Of a stretch of 64,000 bases of DNA, positions 1-9,840 are shown piece by piece; position 1 is the stretch's first letter, and every line of letters starts with the position of its first letter. The stretch comes from Candidatus Kapaibacterium sp. (GTDB lineage Bacteria; Bacteroidota; Ignavibacteria; Kapaibacteriales; UBA2268), in the NCBI GenBank assembly GCA_938031175.1, contig CALHGZ010000004.1, positions 67,635 to 131,634 of the forward strand, read 5' to 3'. Both the position numbers and the translations under genes were made by a program. The notes beneath the pieces are model-generated. The model was not told where the DNA came from. It ran no database searches and saw nothing but the letters and a program-made list of their open reading frames with translations.

Positions 1-114
1 AAGCAAGGTGGGGAAAATATCAAATTAACTTATCTTTATCACATACATCTGCGAATGCACTTGCTTATGTTGTTATTACTATTTAAAAAATATTAACTAT
101 CTCTGGGAGGCATT

Positions 115-771
115 ATGAAGTTATTGTCAGTTTTTGTTTTCTTTCTTTTACTCGGAACGACGTTAGCACAAAAAAATATCGAAGAAATAGAGAAAATCAA
201 TTATCCTTTCGGGGTCGGACCATTTATTTTTGCAAAAGCTGGTGTTAATGCAGCTGATGTAAAACAAGGGATTAAGAATGGAGTGGCAATATCACCTTTG
301 CCCGATTTTGGTGTTACAGGATATATACCATTCAATGATGAATCAAAAATTGGTGCAACAATAGATTTAGCATATTCAACTTATGCCTATGAAAAGAAAT
401 ATTATGGCGATGAAGGAAATCCTTGGACGGATAAATTCCATTATTTCACTATAGCTCCAAATTTACACGTATGGGGATTTTTGGTTGGGTTTGGATTAGG
501 TTTCCCTCTTGGGGGTGAGATAGATAAAAATGCTAGGGAAGTAAAATCAAATGATTTGGAATTTATGTTTGAGCTTCGGGTCGGGGCAATGATACCCATT
601 ATAGAAAGCAATTTTGGACGTTTGAATATATTAATTATGGGGAGCTATTTTTTAACAGGACAATTCACAAATCAATTTGCCAGAGATTTTTATATAGGAG
701 GAGAAGGATACAATACTCATCCTGCTTCGCTTGGATTAGGGATTAATTATATATTCAATCTCACTGAATAA
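115..771 (+). CDS. Outer-membrane β-barrel protein (small OMP, unknown function)
   Basis: Signal peptide MKLLSVFVFFLLLGTTLAQ. Gly/aromatic-rich amphipathic strands; C-terminus ...INYIFNLTE. RBS GGGAGG ahead of ATG at 115. Confidence 0.45.
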   Translation: MKLLSVFVFFLLLGTTLAQKNIEEIEKINYPFGVGPFIFAKAGVNAADVKQGIKNGVAISPLPDFGVTGYIPFNDESKIGATIDLAYSTYAYEKKYYGDEGNPWTDKFHYFTIAPNLHVWGFLVGFGLGFPLGGEIDKNAREVKSNDLEFMFELRVGAMIPIIESNFGRLNILIMGSYFLTGQFTNQFARDFYIGGEGYNTHPASLGLGINYIFNLTE

Positions 772-779
772 CATAATTT

Positions 780-1436
780 ATGGAATCTGATATTGACTGT
801 ATTATTAGATTTGAGGAAGCCTGGAAAAGTTTAAATTCCAAAACTATCCTAAAGAATTTTAATCTGAAGATACAAATAGGTGAGAAATTAGCACTGAAAG
901 CCCGCTCAGGTTCGGGAAAAACAACCATATTAAATTTAATTATGGGTTTTAGTCAACTCGATAGTGGTAGCATTTTGATAAAAGGTGAAGAATTAAATAG
1001 TAAAAATATCTCCCGACTGCGTTCAATGATATCTTGGTTGCCCCAAAATGTTGATATAATTGGTGGAGATGAATCTGTCTTGGATGTTATTTTACGCCCA
1101 TTTAAATATTCTGCTAACAAAGAGAAGTTACCTGGCAGAGGTTTAATTGAGGAAGTTGCAAATCGCTTGAACTTAGAAACAAGTATATTGGAGAATTCAT
1201 TTTGTAATCTCTCTGGTGGTGAAAAACAAAGAATCGGACTAATGATATGTTATTTACTTGATTCTCCCATAATATTACTCGATGAACCTTCTTCTGCCTT
1301 AGATAAAACTTCGGCTAAGCGTGCTTTGGAATTATTTATGACAGATGTAAATAAAACAGTAATTTCAGCAACGCATGATGAACTTTGGCTAGATGCATGT
1401 ACAAAGATTATAGAGTTGTATGAATCAGAGTGTTGA
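780..1436 (+). CDS. ABC transporter ATP-binding protein (FetA/YbbL-like)
   Basis: Walker A-like ARSGSGKTT, ABC signature LSGGEKQRIGL, Walker B ILLDEPSSALD. 218 aa. Starts 9 nt after the upstream OMP gene and overlaps the permease gene. Confidence 0.75.
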   Translation: MESDIDCIIRFEEAWKSLNSKTILKNFNLKIQIGEKLALKARSGSGKTTILNLIMGFSQLDSGSILIKGEELNSKNISRLRSMISWLPQNVDIIGGDESVLDVILRPFKYSANKEKLPGRGLIEEVANRLNLETSILENSFCNLSGGEKQRIGLMICYLLDSPIILLDEPSSALDKTSAKRALELFMTDVNKTVISATHDELWLDACTKIIELYESEC

Positions 1437-2217
1437 TATAAGCTGGCTATCGCTCGGATTGGGATTTTTGGTTTTAATTTTACCTTTGATTATTTTATGG
1501 TATTATAAAACGCTTTTAATCAAGCCGATGCTGATTGCTTTTTTGAGGATGTTCGTTCAATTGTTTTTAGTTGGAATATATTTAAAGTATATATTTTTAT
1601 GGGATCACTGGTGGATAAATACGCTTTGGGTTTTGGTAATGATTATTGCTGCTGGTTTTACAATTACCAAAAGAACTGAACTGAATTTGAGATTGTTTTT
1701 ATTACCTATCATAATTGGAGTTACAGCAAATGCAATATTAAACGGACTTTTTATCGGATTGATAATCCTTGGCTTTGATAACTTATTGAAAGCACAATAT
1801 ATGATACCAATCTATGGTATGTTAATCGGAAATTCAATAGGGAGTATGGTTGTGGGATTACGCACTTTATATAAGGGATTGGCAAAGGATGAGGAGCGTT
1901 ACAGATATGCAATAATGTGTGGTGCAACACAAGCTGAGGCAATTATGCCGTTTGTTAGTGAATCATTGAAAACAGCTATAAATCCTATTATAGCTAATAC
2001 TGCAACGATTGGATTAATTTGGTTACCGGGAATGATGACAGGACAAATTTTAGCTGGGAGCGAGCCAATGACAGCTATAAAATATCAAATAATGATTATT
2101 GTTACGATTTTCGTTGCATCTGTAATTTCTCTTTTTTTTAGTATTTTAGTTTCTCAAAAAATGGCTTTTGACGATTTTTCTAGGTTTAATAAGTTAATTT
2201 TTAAAGCTAATCATTAG
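1420..2217 (+). CDS. ABC transporter permease (UPF0014/FetB-YbbM-like, multi-TM)
   Basis: 265 aa with several hydrophobic helices. 17-nt overlap with the ATPase gene (translational coupling). Size and partnership resemble the E. coli FetAB iron exporter. Confidence 0.5.
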   Translation: MNQSVDISWLSLGLGFLVLILPLIILWYYKTLLIKPMLIAFLRMFVQLFLVGIYLKYIFLWDHWWINTLWVLVMIIAAGFTITKRTELNLRLFLLPIIIGVTANAILNGLFIGLIILGFDNLLKAQYMIPIYGMLIGNSIGSMVVGLRTLYKGLAKDEERYRYAIMCGATQAEAIMPFVSESLKTAINPIIANTATIGLIWLPGMMTGQILAGSEPMTAIKYQIMIIVTIFVASVISLFFSILVSQKMAFDDFSRFNKLIFKANH

Positions 2218-2225
2218 GTGGAAAA

Positions 2226-2534
2226 ATGTTAACACTTGAATTCCAGCATTTTGAGGGCTGTCCCAATGGACCGCAAATGCTTGATAATGTTAAGCGAGCT
2301 ATTACAGGATTGGAAGATAAAATTATATTAAAGGAAGTTTTTGTTGAGACAGACGAAGAAGCAATAAAAAGAAATTTTCGTGGTTCACCAACCTTGCTCA
2401 TTAATGGTGAAGATTTTGAAGGTTTACCTGTTCCGAAAGAGCCTAAATTAGCCTGCCGAATCTATTTAAATGGTATTCCTACCCCAAAAGAATTAAGAAA
2501 TAAGATATTGCAATATTTAGAAGCTGTAAAATAA
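2226..2534 (+). CDS. Small thioredoxin-fold protein with single-Cys CPNG motif
   Basis: 102 aa. Motif FEGCPNGP, where a CxxC would normally sit. Downstream GSPTLLINGE resembles the Trx-fold cis-Pro loop. Starts 8 nt after the permease gene. Confidence 0.4.
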   Translation: MLTLEFQHFEGCPNGPQMLDNVKRAITGLEDKIILKEVFVETDEEAIKRNFRGSPTLLINGEDFEGLPVPKEPKLACRIYLNGIPTPKELRNKILQYLEAVK

Positions 2535-2802
2535 GTATTCGTTCTGTCTGATTAGTTTGGTTAGTTACATATAATTTTAGTATAGATAATTTGGTATTTA
2601 CCGCTTGCGTTTGTTTTTTGCCTTGATTAATTCTTGTAATTTCAATTCGAAATTAATCATACTCTGTACTTTACTGATCTCCCTTTTCCTCTAAATGTTA
2701 ATTATCATTTCTAATATACCACAAATTTCAAACTAATTTTTTTTGTATATATTTGTAAAAAACAATAATTTTGTAGTTCTAATAAAATGATTGGAGAAAA
2801 AA

Positions 2803-3183
2803 ATGAATACTTTAGATTTAGTCGAAACGATGTCAATCGAACGGGTAATCGAAGCTAAAAAGGTAAAGGAAGGCGACAATTATAATGAAATACCTGATTT
2901 TAAACCCGGTGATACTATAAATGTTGCTGTTCGGGTAGTAGAAGGTGATAAAGAAAGAATTCAAAATTTTAAAGGTATAGTATTAAAAAGACGTGGAAGT
3001 GGTATAAATCAGACATTTCTAGTGCGAAAAATTTCAAATGGAGTAGGTGTAGAAAGAAACTTCCCGTTATATTCACCTTTGATTCAAAGTATTACAGTTG
3101 TTAAGAAAGGTAGAGTTCGAAGAGCTAAGCTCTACTATCTCAGAGGAATGTCTGAGAAAAAGATTCGACAAAAGATTAACTAA
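2803..3183 (+). CDS. rplS: 50S ribosomal protein L19
   Basis: Highly conserved L19 sequence (…[43 protein letters not shown]…). ATG at 2803 with GGAG 6 nt upstream; the ORF-track start at 2791 is a TTG. Confidence 0.9.
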   Translation: MNTLDLVETMSIERVIEAKKVKEGDNYNEIPDFKPGDTINVAVRVVEGDKERIQNFKGIVLKRRGSGINQTFLVRKISNGVGVERNFPLYSPLIQSITVVKKGRVRRAKLYYLRGMSEKKIRQKIN

Positions 3184-3191
3184 TTTAATAA

Positions 3192-3225
3192 TAATCGGCG
3201 ACATCAAAGGGTCGCCGATTTTTGT
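3192..3225 (+). terminator. Rho-independent terminator after rplS
   Basis: Perfect 10-bp inverted repeat AATCGGCGAC-ATCAAAGG-GTCGCCGATT followed by TTTT, 9 nt after the rplS stop. Confidence 0.75.
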
Positions 3226-3229
3226 AAAA

Positions 3230-4009
3230 ATGTCGGATAAACTCCCAATATCAGTTGCAATAATTACCAATAATGAAGAACGCATACTTGCAGTTACATT
3301 ATCGAGTATAGCTGATATTGCTGATGAAATTATTGTAGTTGATTCCGGTTCAACTGATAATACAATAGCAATAGCTGAGAATTTTGGCTGTAAAATATTT
3401 CGGCAAGAATGGAAGGGGTATGCAAGTCAAAAGAATTTCGCTTTGTCGAAATGCTCGAATGATTGGATTTTGTGTATTGATGCCGATGAAGTAGTGAGCG
3501 AAAAATTGAAAAAATCATTAGTTAGCGCTATAAATCAAAAAAAGGTATCTGTATTTCTTATTAATCGTAGAACCTATTATTTGGGTAAGTTACTAAAAAG
3601 AGCCTGGCAGCCTGATTGGAAGCATCGTTTAGTGAATAAATCCGCTAATCCACAATGGGAAAATGATTTTGTTCATGAGACATTGCTTTTCAATGGGGAA
3701 GCTGAAAAGTTACAAGGCGAACTAATACATTACTCTTATCGAAATCTTAATCATCATATTAAAAAAACCATTGAATACGCTAAACTTTCGGCTGAATCAT
3801 TGTATAATAGTGGAATTAAGTTCAAATTTTTAAATTTAGTTCTTAATCCGTTGTTTAAATTTTTACGATTATATATAATAAATTTAGGTTTTGTTGACGG
3901 TATACAAGGACTTTTTGCTGGATTTAGTGCATTTTTCTATACTTTTTTGAAATATGCTTATTTATGGGAGTTAGAGTTTATGGAGAAACACCGAGGTAAT
4001 GGTGAATAA
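3230..4009 (+). CDS. Family-2 glycosyltransferase (LPS core, WaaE/KdtX-like)
   Basis: Start MSDKLPISVAIITNNEE at ATG 3230, immediately after the terminator. DSGSTDNT and DADE motifs typical of GT2. The upstream part of the ORF-track entry (3098..) overlaps rplS and the terminator. Confidence 0.7.
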   Translation: MSDKLPISVAIITNNEERILAVTLSSIADIADEIIVVDSGSTDNTIAIAENFGCKIFRQEWKGYASQKNFALSKCSNDWILCIDADEVVSEKLKKSLVSAINQKKVSVFLINRRTYYLGKLLKRAWQPDWKHRLVNKSANPQWENDFVHETLLFNGEAEKLQGELIHYSYRNLNHHIKKTIEYAKLSAESLYNSGIKFKFLNLVLNPLFKFLRLYIINLGFVDGIQGLFAGFSAFFYTFLKYAYLWELEFMEKHRGNGE

Positions 4010-5135
4010 ATTATTAAAAAGAGTTGAATCTACAATTCGAAAATTATTGTATTGTTTAATAAATATTTTCCTACGAAATCAGAAAATAACAGAGAAAATC
4101 AAACCCGAGACAATCAAAAAAGTATTAGTAATACGGTATGATGTAATAGGTGATTTAATTGTTACTCTTCCTATGATTAAACTAATCAAGCAACTAATTC
4201 CTCACGCAAGTGTTCATTTACTTGCTTCAGAACAGAACTCAAAGCTTATCGAATTTGACAATAATATTGATAAAATTCATCTTTTTGATGGTCGAATTTT
4301 AAAATCATTTTTTAGTCTGTTTGCATTGCGTAAAGAAAATTATGATATAATTTTCTGTGCATTTTATACGCTTGTTACCCGCAACGGGATCATTTGTAAT
4401 ATCATCGGCGGGCGTAAATCAATTAAAGTTAATATTTGGTGTGATGAGAAGAGGTATGTTTTTTTTAACTATCAATCAAGGCTTGCTGCTGAAAAATTAT
4501 CAATGTATGAGAAAATGTATTATATGGCTGCCGATACAATTGCTGGTGGTGATAGATATAATAAAGTTGATGCATATTTGAAAATACCTGATAAATCGCG
4601 CAACAGGTGTTTATCGAAATTGCAAAATTTAGGTCTGACATCGAAAAGATTTATAGGAATTAATTTATCAGCTGGTCGCAAAATAAATGAATGGCCTAAT
4701 GAGCTTTATATAAAATTAATCAATCTTCTATCCCAAAATCTGATAAAAAATGATTTATTGCTTTTTTATCATAAAAATGATTTTTTAAAGGTCCATGATA
4801 TAATCAGCGGATTGGATGCAAATAGGAATAATATCTATATTTATTTACATACCGATGATATTTTGGAAATTGCGGCATTAATAGAGCAGTGCATGTTATT
4901 GATTACTCCCGATACAGGCACCGTTCATTTCTGTTCAGCAGTTAAAACACCGGTTGTTGTTACATATAATGAAGAATACACATCTCGTCTTTGGCATCCT
5001 TACGGAATAAAGTACCGGGCATTAATTTCTGAATCAAAAGATAGAATTATCGTTAGCCCTGATTCGATATATAAAAAAACCATCGAATTATTGCAAGATA
5101 TAAATGAACAAGAGATTATGCATAAATTGTGTTAA
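3999..5135 (+). CDS. Family-9 glycosyltransferase (ADP-heptose:LPS heptosyltransferase-like) paralog 1
   Basis: 378 aa. GT9 hallmarks: KKVLVIRYDVIGDLI near N-terminus, C-terminal PDTGTVHFCSA. Overlaps neighbouring genes by a few nt. Confidence 0.7.
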   Translation: MVNKLLKRVESTIRKLLYCLINIFLRNQKITEKIKPETIKKVLVIRYDVIGDLIVTLPMIKLIKQLIPHASVHLLASEQNSKLIEFDNNIDKIHLFDGRILKSFFSLFALRKENYDIIFCAFYTLVTRNGIICNIIGGRKSIKVNIWCDEKRYVFFNYQSRLAAEKLSMYEKMYYMAADTIAGGDRYNKVDAYLKIPDKSRNRCLSKLQNLGLTSKRFIGINLSAGRKINEWPNELYIKLINLLSQNLIKNDLLLFYHKNDFLKVHDIISGLDANRNNIYIYLHTDDILEIAALIEQCMLLITPDTGTVHFCSAVKTPVVVTYNEEYTSRLWHPYGIKYRALISESKDRIIVSPDSIYKKTIELLQDINEQEIMHKLC

Positions 5136-6271
5136 GCCGGGATACATTTAAAGGAATTAATGATAATCAAATTACACGATTGAAAATAGGAAAGAAAATA
5201 GAGATTTTAGTCCGAGATTTAGTTAACAAACTGCTTATTAAAGGCAGCAATACAAAAGTAATTAATTCAGATGAAATTTGTGATGATTTTAAAAATATAA
5301 AAAAAGCACTATTTCTACGGCATGATAGGATAGGAGATGTTTTAGTATCAATTCCGTTTTTCAAAAATTTTCGTGAACATTTTCCAAAAGTAGAAATCGA
5401 TGTTCTATTAAGCGATAAAAATTCAGGTACAAGTAAGGTTCTCAGAAATTATTCCAATAAAATTCATATTTTGCCCAAAGATTTAATCAGGATATATTAC
5501 TTAATTAAAGAATTGAATAGATCGAAATATGATATAATAATAGATATGTTTGATACAGTTTCGACCCGCTCAAATTTGCTTTTACAATTTATAAAATCCA
5601 ATTATAAGCTCGGCTTTGAAAAACCTAATAAATCTCTATATACCCATATCATTCCGATGCCAGATAAATCTCAAATTCATATTGTTGAAAGAGTTTTAAA
5701 TTTACTTACTCCTTTTGGTAAATCCTATGATAAAACACAGATAAGGCTCGAATATCCTCTTGAGGAAAAAATTACAGAAAAAGCTTATCTATTATTAGGC
5801 GAGAAAGTTAAGGAATATAGACTTGGTATTATACTATCTGGTTCTAGTACAGCAAAATTTTGGGGTATTCACAACATCTCTCAATTCATTCGCTTATTTA
5901 ATAAAAAATTTTTCAATTTTGAAATTATTGTATTTGGTACTGAAAAGCATTCAAAAATGATTAATGAATTACCAAAAGTTGATTGCTTAAAAGTTGCCCC
6001 ATACACGAATTCTTTAGATGAATACGCAGCTATGTTAAGTCATTGTGATTATCTAATTACCCCTGATACATCAGCTGTGCATTTTGCATCTGCTTTTTCG
6101 ATTCCATGTCTTGTGATGTATTCTATACCTGTCAATAGTGGATTTTTACCGTGGTATCCGTATAACTCAAAATATACTGCTGTAATCACTAATGAATTGA
6201 GCATACAGTTTATTTGTGCAGAAGAAGTATTAGAGAAATTCTTTGAATTGTATGAATCAACAGGCAAATGA
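5129..6271 (+). CDS. Family-9 glycosyltransferase (heptosyltransferase-like) paralog 2
   Basis: 380 aa. LFLRHDRIGDVL and …PDTSAVHFASA motifs parallel paralog 1. 7-nt overlap with the upstream gene. Confidence 0.7.
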   Translation: MLSRDTFKGINDNQITRLKIGKKIEILVRDLVNKLLIKGSNTKVINSDEICDDFKNIKKALFLRHDRIGDVLVSIPFFKNFREHFPKVEIDVLLSDKNSGTSKVLRNYSNKIHILPKDLIRIYYLIKELNRSKYDIIIDMFDTVSTRSNLLLQFIKSNYKLGFEKPNKSLYTHIIPMPDKSQIHIVERVLNLLTPFGKSYDKTQIRLEYPLEEKITEKAYLLLGEKVKEYRLGIILSGSSTAKFWGIHNISQFIRLFNKKFFNFEIIVFGTEKHSKMINELPKVDCLKVAPYTNSLDEYAAMLSHCDYLITPDTSAVHFASAFSIPCLVMYSIPVNSGFLPWYPYNSKYTAVITNELSIQFICAEEVLEKFFELYESTGK

Positions 6272-7244
6272 AATAAAAATATTACAACTTCAACTCGGGA
6301 CAATAGGTGATATGATTCTTGCAACCCCCACTTTTAGATTATTAAAAGAGAAATTTCCAAATAGCCAGATTGATGTAATTTGTGGAAGTAGAAACTATGC
6401 TGTTATTGAAGATAATCCATTAATCGATAACAAAATTATTTTGACCAAAAGCCCATTGAAATTAATTGGATTGATATATAGACTTCGTAAAGTCAATTAT
6501 AAATACTATATAGATCCGAAGCCTCATTTTTCGAGGGAAAGCAGGATCATCGCTACTTTGATAAAAGCAGATATTAAAATTGGTTATAATACATTGAAAA
6601 GGAGCAAAACTAGATCCTCAAAAGAAGAAAAAAATGAGCACTTTACAATTGAATTGCTAAAACCGCTGAATGAATTGGGTATAGAAATCCCCAAAGCTAG
6701 AATTTTGCCCAACTTATATCTTAATAATGACTCCGAATTATATGTTGAGTTTTTTTTAAAAGAAAAAGGAATAAGCGATTATATACTTATCAATATCTCA
6801 GCAAGCAAGGAAAATAAGAAATGGGTTGTAGAGAAATGGATTCATTTAGTAAAATATCTTATAGAACAAAATTTTACAATTATAGTATGTTTTGCACCAA
6901 CAGAAAGATTAGATGCACAAAAAATTTATGAAAATAGTGATAAAATTTTTCTTTTCAATTCCCGTTCAATTAAAGACATTTATAGTTTGGTTAATAGAAC
7001 AAAATTGCTCATATCGCCAGATACTTCATTAATTCATATAGCTTCAGCATTTGATAAGCCAGTTCTGGCCTTATATAGCGGTATGTCAGATTTTAACACA
7101 AGATTTGCTCCACTCAGTAGTGTTCATCTTGTTATCAATGCGAACGAAGGAGTTGATAGTATAAAAGGTATAACATTAGAACAGGTTAGAACTGGATTTG
7201 AAAAAATCAAATCAAAAATTCAATATTTTAATACGAGGCAATAA
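6243..7244 (+). CDS. Family-9 glycosyltransferase (heptosyltransferase-like) paralog 3
   Basis: 333 aa. LGTIGDMILATP and SPDTSLIHIASA motifs. Overlaps paralog 2 by 29 nt. Confidence 0.65.
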   Translation: MNCMNQQANEIKILQLQLGTIGDMILATPTFRLLKEKFPNSQIDVICGSRNYAVIEDNPLIDNKIILTKSPLKLIGLIYRLRKVNYKYYIDPKPHFSRESRIIATLIKADIKIGYNTLKRSKTRSSKEEKNEHFTIELLKPLNELGIEIPKARILPNLYLNNDSELYVEFFLKEKGISDYILINISASKENKKWVVEKWIHLVKYLIEQNFTIIVCFAPTERLDAQKIYENSDKIFLFNSRSIKDIYSLVNRTKLLISPDTSLIHIASAFDKPVLALYSGMSDFNTRFAPLSSVHLVINANEGVDSIKGITLEQVRTGFEKIKSKIQYFNTRQ

Positions 7245-7245
7245 T

Positions 7246-7563
7246 ATGCACTGGCTATATTTATTCATAGCGGGGTTATTTGAAATCGGATGGCCCTTAG
7301 GCTTCAAACTCTCCATTGTTACAGACAACAAGGCTTTTTGGATTGGATTTGCAATAATTTCAATGGGGTTAAGCGGTTTCTTTTTATGGCTTGCTCAGAA
7401 GCAAATTTCAATTGGTACTGCATATATTATTTGGACAGGTATTGGAGCTATTGGAACATTTGTGATAGGGATTATTTTCTTTAAAGACCCAGTTAATACT
7501 ATTCGCATTCTCTCAGCTTTTTTGATTATAGTTGGTATCGTAGGATTAAAAATATCACATTAA
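7246..7563 (+). CDS. sugE: SMR-family small multidrug/guanidinium exporter (SugE/Gdx-like)
   Basis: 105 aa with 4 TM segments. MHWLYLFIAGLFEIGWPLGFK is a typical Gdx/SugE N-terminus. ATG at 7246 one nt after the GT9 stop, with RBS ACGAGG. The ORF-track N-terminal extension (from 7198) overlaps the preceding gene. Confidence 0.75.
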   Translation: MHWLYLFIAGLFEIGWPLGFKLSIVTDNKAFWIGFAIISMGLSGFFLWLAQKQISIGTAYIIWTGIGAIGTFVIGIIFFKDPVNTIRILSAFLIIVGIVGLKISH

Positions 7564-7892
7564 ATTATCAATTTTAAATAATAGTTATAAAATATATTAA
7601 ATTACAAGGAATAAAATGGGAAGCAAGAACCGATAGGTTTCATAAAAATAATTGTGATAGATAACTAAATTTGAATTTCAAAAAATAGCAATGTAATATA
7701 AATCCGCTTGTGTTTATTTTAAAATTATAATGTTTATTTAAAATCGGATAACATTTTAGATCAAAAGGCAAATTCTGTTAGGTAGGATTATTAATGTTGG
7801 CTGGATATATTGAAATATATAAAACAACAAATATAACTTTTGATTTATGAATTTTATAAATATGTTGATTTACAATAATAAAAGGATTATTT

Positions 7893-8768
7893 ATGGGTCA
7901 AAGAATTGTTTTAATAGCAATTATACTAGTAAATTTATTTTCATTAGCTACATTAAAAGCGGAGGATATGCCATCGCATAGAATTTTTACAAAAGATGGC
8001 AAAGCAACAAATTTTAGTAGTTTGCTCGATGCATCACTAAAATCAGAAATCATCTTTTTTGGTGAATTGCATAATAATCCAATTTGTCATTGGCTTAGAT
8101 TACAATTAGTCAAAGCCATATACAGCAAGATTGGTAAAAAATTAATAATAGGGGCTGAAATGTTCGAAGCTGATGACCAGTTAAAAATTGACGAGTATTT
8201 TTCTGGGCTTATTAATCAAACAAATTTTGAAAAAGAAGTAAAACTTTGGAATAATTATAAAACTGATTATAAACCACTCTTGGAGTTTGCAAAAGATAGT
8301 GGATTAAAATTTATAGCAACAAATATACCGAGGCGATATGCATCATCGGTATCAAGGAAAGGATTTGCAATATTGGATAGTGTTGCCCCCGAGGGCAAAC
8401 GTTTTATTGCACCACTTCCTATAGACGTTGACCTTGAACTTCCTGGATATAAAAAAATCAGGGAAGAAATGAAAGGTTCGCATAGCTCTGACTATATTGC
8501 TGAAGCGCAAGCTGTTAAAGATGCTACTATGGCTTATTTCATCTCAAGAAATTATGAAAAAGGGAAATTATTCCTTCATTTAAATGGTTCCTATCACACA
8601 AATAATTTTGAAGGAATTGTTTGGTTTATTGCACGAAATAATCCCAAATTTAAAATGTTAACGATTGCTACTGTTGAACAGGTAGATATTAACTATCTGG
8701 ATGATAAAAATCTTAATATTGCTGATTTTATACTTGTAATACCTTTGGATATGACTAAAACTTATTAA
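7893..8768 (+). CDS. ChaN-family (haem-binding uptake/Tiki/TraB-like) secreted protein
   Basis: Signal peptide. FFGELHNNPICHWLRLQLVKAIY recalls the ChaN/PF04187 N-terminal motif. Confidence 0.4.
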   Translation: MGQRIVLIAIILVNLFSLATLKAEDMPSHRIFTKDGKATNFSSLLDASLKSEIIFFGELHNNPICHWLRLQLVKAIYSKIGKKLIIGAEMFEADDQLKIDEYFSGLINQTNFEKEVKLWNNYKTDYKPLLEFAKDSGLKFIATNIPRRYASSVSRKGFAILDSVAPEGKRFIAPLPIDVDLELPGYKKIREEMKGSHSSDYIAEAQAVKDATMAYFISRNYEKGKLFLHLNGSYHTNNFEGIVWFIARNNPKFKMLTIATVEQVDINYLDDKNLNIADFILVIPLDMTKTY

Positions 8769-8785
8769 TTAATACTCAATTATTA

Positions 8786-9346
8786 CTAATCCTTTAGTGA
8801 TTTTGCGATTTTTTTGAAATCATCAATAAACATATTTCTATTTTCTTTTATAGTCCAGCACAAAACTTTGTAAAAATGAGTTTTAGTTTCAACTGATGTA
8901 ACAAGCATAAAGAAGGCTAAATTCTCTTGTTCCCAAGTCATTTCAACTTGAGAAAAATCATTACCATTAGCTTGGAAATTTGCAACGGGCGTGAATTCTC
9001 TGTTCCCCTCGGTTCTGTAGTCCTGAAGAAAATTCTCCAAAAAATCTTCAGCATTTAAGAATTTCATCCCTAAACTTTCGAGGTGTTGCTTATTGTCTTC
9101 TATTACGATTACATAAGCCTCTTTTGCTTCATTTTTATATTGCAATGATGCAACATCATTCAAATCAAAAGTTTTTATCAAATAATCCGGTATCTCCATA
9201 GTATAACAATGACCACCTTTTTGAGTGGACCATTTTTGTGCGTTTAATGGAAAATAAATTATGAACGATAAAATAAATAAAGTTAAACAAAAATCTTTGA
9301 GTTTTATACTATTTAATCGTTGCTGAAAATAATGGTAAATTTTCAT
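8786..9346 (-). CDS. Hypothetical secreted/membrane-anchored protein
   Basis: 186 aa. N-terminal hydrophobic segment CLTLFILSFIIYFPLNA. No recognisable domain. Confidence 0.35.
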   Translation of the reverse strand: MKIYHYFQQRLNSIKLKDFCLTLFILSFIIYFPLNAQKWSTQKGGHCYTMEIPDYLIKTFDLNDVASLQYKNEAKEAYVIVIEDNKQHLESLGMKFLNAEDFLENFLQDYRTEGNREFTPVANFQANGNDFSQVEMTWEQENLAFFMLVTSVETKTHFYKVLCWTIKENRNMFIDDFKKIAKSLKD

Positions 9347-9476
9347 AAGTTAACTCCAGACTTTATGAATAGATAAATTTTGCAAAAATAATTTTTTTTG
9401 TTCAAATAAATTAATTTTTTTTTCGTATTTTAAATCAGACTATAAAATCTTTTTTTCAAATTATATTGGTGTTATT

Positions 9477-9824
9477 ATGGAATTAAATCAAAAACCTGCT
9501 GTGGATACAAGAATTTATTCACAAATTCAGAAGCTCGATGAAATGGTAACATATCAGGAAGGTGCAATTGTAAGTAGTACAATTATTAGAAAGCCAAGTG
9601 GAAATATTACATTATTTGCTTTTGACGAAGGGCAAGGTTTAAGCGAACATACAGCACCATTTGATGCGATGGTCTATGTTCTCGACGGTGAAACTGAAAT
9701 TATGATTTCAGGTAAAACATACTTATTACAATCAGGCGATGCAATTGTTATGCCTGCAAATGAACCTCACGCAGTTAAATCGATAACTAAATTCAAAATG
9801 GTTTTAGTAATGATAAAATCATAA
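9477..9824 (+). CDS. Cupin-domain protein
   Basis: 115 aa. Cupin motifs (…GQGLSEHTAPFDAMVYVLDGE…, GDAIVMPANEPHAV). Confidence 0.6.
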   Translation: MELNQKPAVDTRIYSQIQKLDEMVTYQEGAIVSSTIIRKPSGNITLFAFDEGQGLSEHTAPFDAMVYVLDGETEIMISGKTYLLQSGDAIVMPANEPHAVKSITKFKMVLVMIKS

Positions 9825-9840
9825 TTAGAAAGGAACGGAA

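Noticed and set aside
3098-3229. ORF-track N-terminal extension of the GT2 gene overlapping rplS and the terminator hairpin
   Set aside because: The extension reads through the rplS 3' end and a strong terminator. The conserved GT2 N-terminus (MSDKLPISVAIITNNEE) begins at ATG 3230.
7637-7670. Possible Fur-box-like AT-rich palindromic segment (AATTGTGATAGATAACT) upstream of the ChaN-family gene
   Set aside because: Only a weak resemblance to GATAATGATAATCATTATC. AT-rich background makes chance matches likely. Cannot be supported without a genome-wide motif search.
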